Positions 61,650 to 62,248 of a DNA stretch of 62,248 nucleotides are shown one piece after another. Within the stretch, counting starts at the first letter, position 1. Each line of letters begins with the position of its first letter. The notes beneath the pieces were generated by a model. It was not told the origin of the DNA. It saw nothing but the letters and a program-made list of their open reading frames with translations, and did no database searches. Location of the stretch: assembly GCA_046727115.1 (NCBI GenBank), contig JBKPBZ010000028.1, forward strand, positions 1-62,248, written 5' to 3'. The translations under genes and the position numbers were made by a program. This DNA comes from Actinomycetota bacterium. Lineage in GTDB: Bacteria > Actinomycetota > Actinomycetes > Actinomycetales > Micrococcaceae.

Positions 61650-61816
61650 CGCTGCGTGGTCCTTCCATGGGAGGCCCTGAACGTTGAATGTTCGGGCGTC
61701 GGAACGCGTGAGCGTTGATACATGGAGCGACGGACCACGCCGTGCTGGCTACCCGTCCCCAGGGGCCAGGCCGCCCGGTGACTGGGTGTGAGTATGAAGT
61801 ACGCCTGGTGGGGGCG

Positions 61817-62152
61817 TCAACTAGCCGGGCCTGGCTCCCACCATTCCTGCCCTTCGGGATGCCCGGGCGCGAACGCTGTGACGTCGATGTCCACCCTGGA
61901 CTGGATGCCGCGTTCGGTGCCGTCACCCATGAACACGGCCTGGATGGCCCAGCCGACCTCGCACACCGGGCACCAGGCATACACGGTGTAATGGGCGCCG
62001 GGCTGCAGCGGCCCGCAACCCTCCGGGCAGAACCCCTCGGCCAGCACGGCCTCACGGACGACGTCGGGTGACGTGACCGCCCACTGGGGTTCGCTCGACA
62101 TCTCGTACCGGTAGTAGGCGGTCGGGTATCTGCGGGGGGTCGGGTAGCCCAT
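61817..62152 (-). CDS. Hypothetical Zn-binding protein, leaderless
   Basis: CPEGC...WCPVC; TAACAT-6 nt-ATG. Confidence 0.6.
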   Translation of the reverse strand: MGYPTPRRYPTAYYRYEMSSEPQWAVTSPDVVREAVLAEGFCPEGCGPLQPGAHYTVYAWCPVCEVGWAIQAVFMGDGTERGIQSRVDIDVTAFAPGHPEGQEWWEPGPAS

Positions 62153-62248
62153 CCGCCGATGTTACTGCGGTTACGCAGTGCGGCCCCCCTGTCCCTGGGA
62201 AGGCAGGAGGGCCGCTGGCTCCGCTGGTGGATCTAGGAGGGCGGTCAG
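62108..62248. repeat. Terminal direct repeat, right copy
   Basis: Exact copy of 1-141. Confidence 0.95.
62159..62174 (-). promoter_or_regulatory. Motif variant GTTACTGCGGTTAC; leaderless promoter (also at 52-67)
   Basis: -10 TAACAT 6 nt before ATG 62152. Confidence 0.7.

Overview
This window is most likely one complete, circularly assembled genome of a high-GC tailed dsDNA phage (siphovirus-like, probably infecting an actinobacterium). Bases 1-141 are repeated exactly at 62108-62248, so the unit length is about 62,107 bp. Almost all genes are on the minus strand; only a four-gene Gam/recombinase block (35561-38244) is on plus. Head genes: terminase, portal, a 998-aa MuF + 2H-phosphoesterase + maturation-protease fusion, and separate capsid hexamer and pentamer proteins. 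Tail genes: a full operon with a candidate chaperone frameshift. Also present: a lysis cassette, a dioxygenase/kinase/methyltransferase/glycosyltransferase cluster, a lambda-O-like initiator with internal iterons, a UvrD helicase and two DNA methyltransferases. I found no integrase, DNA polymerase, tRNA, CRISPR array or reverse transcriptase. Two non-coding signals stand out. (i) A 14-bp pseudo-palindrome GTTA-S-CGCG-S-TAAC occurs about 18 times at gene junctions, and one half usually forms a TANNNT -10 box, four times 6-7 nt before a leaderless ATG. (ii) Several long, multi-branched candidate RNAs (726-984, 8930-9091, 23263-23409, 23686-23829) have G-U pairs and, in two cases, UUCG/GNRA loops that work only on the transcribed strand. 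All protein assignments come from motif recognition by eye and all RNA folds were made by hand; no database searches or folding programs were run.
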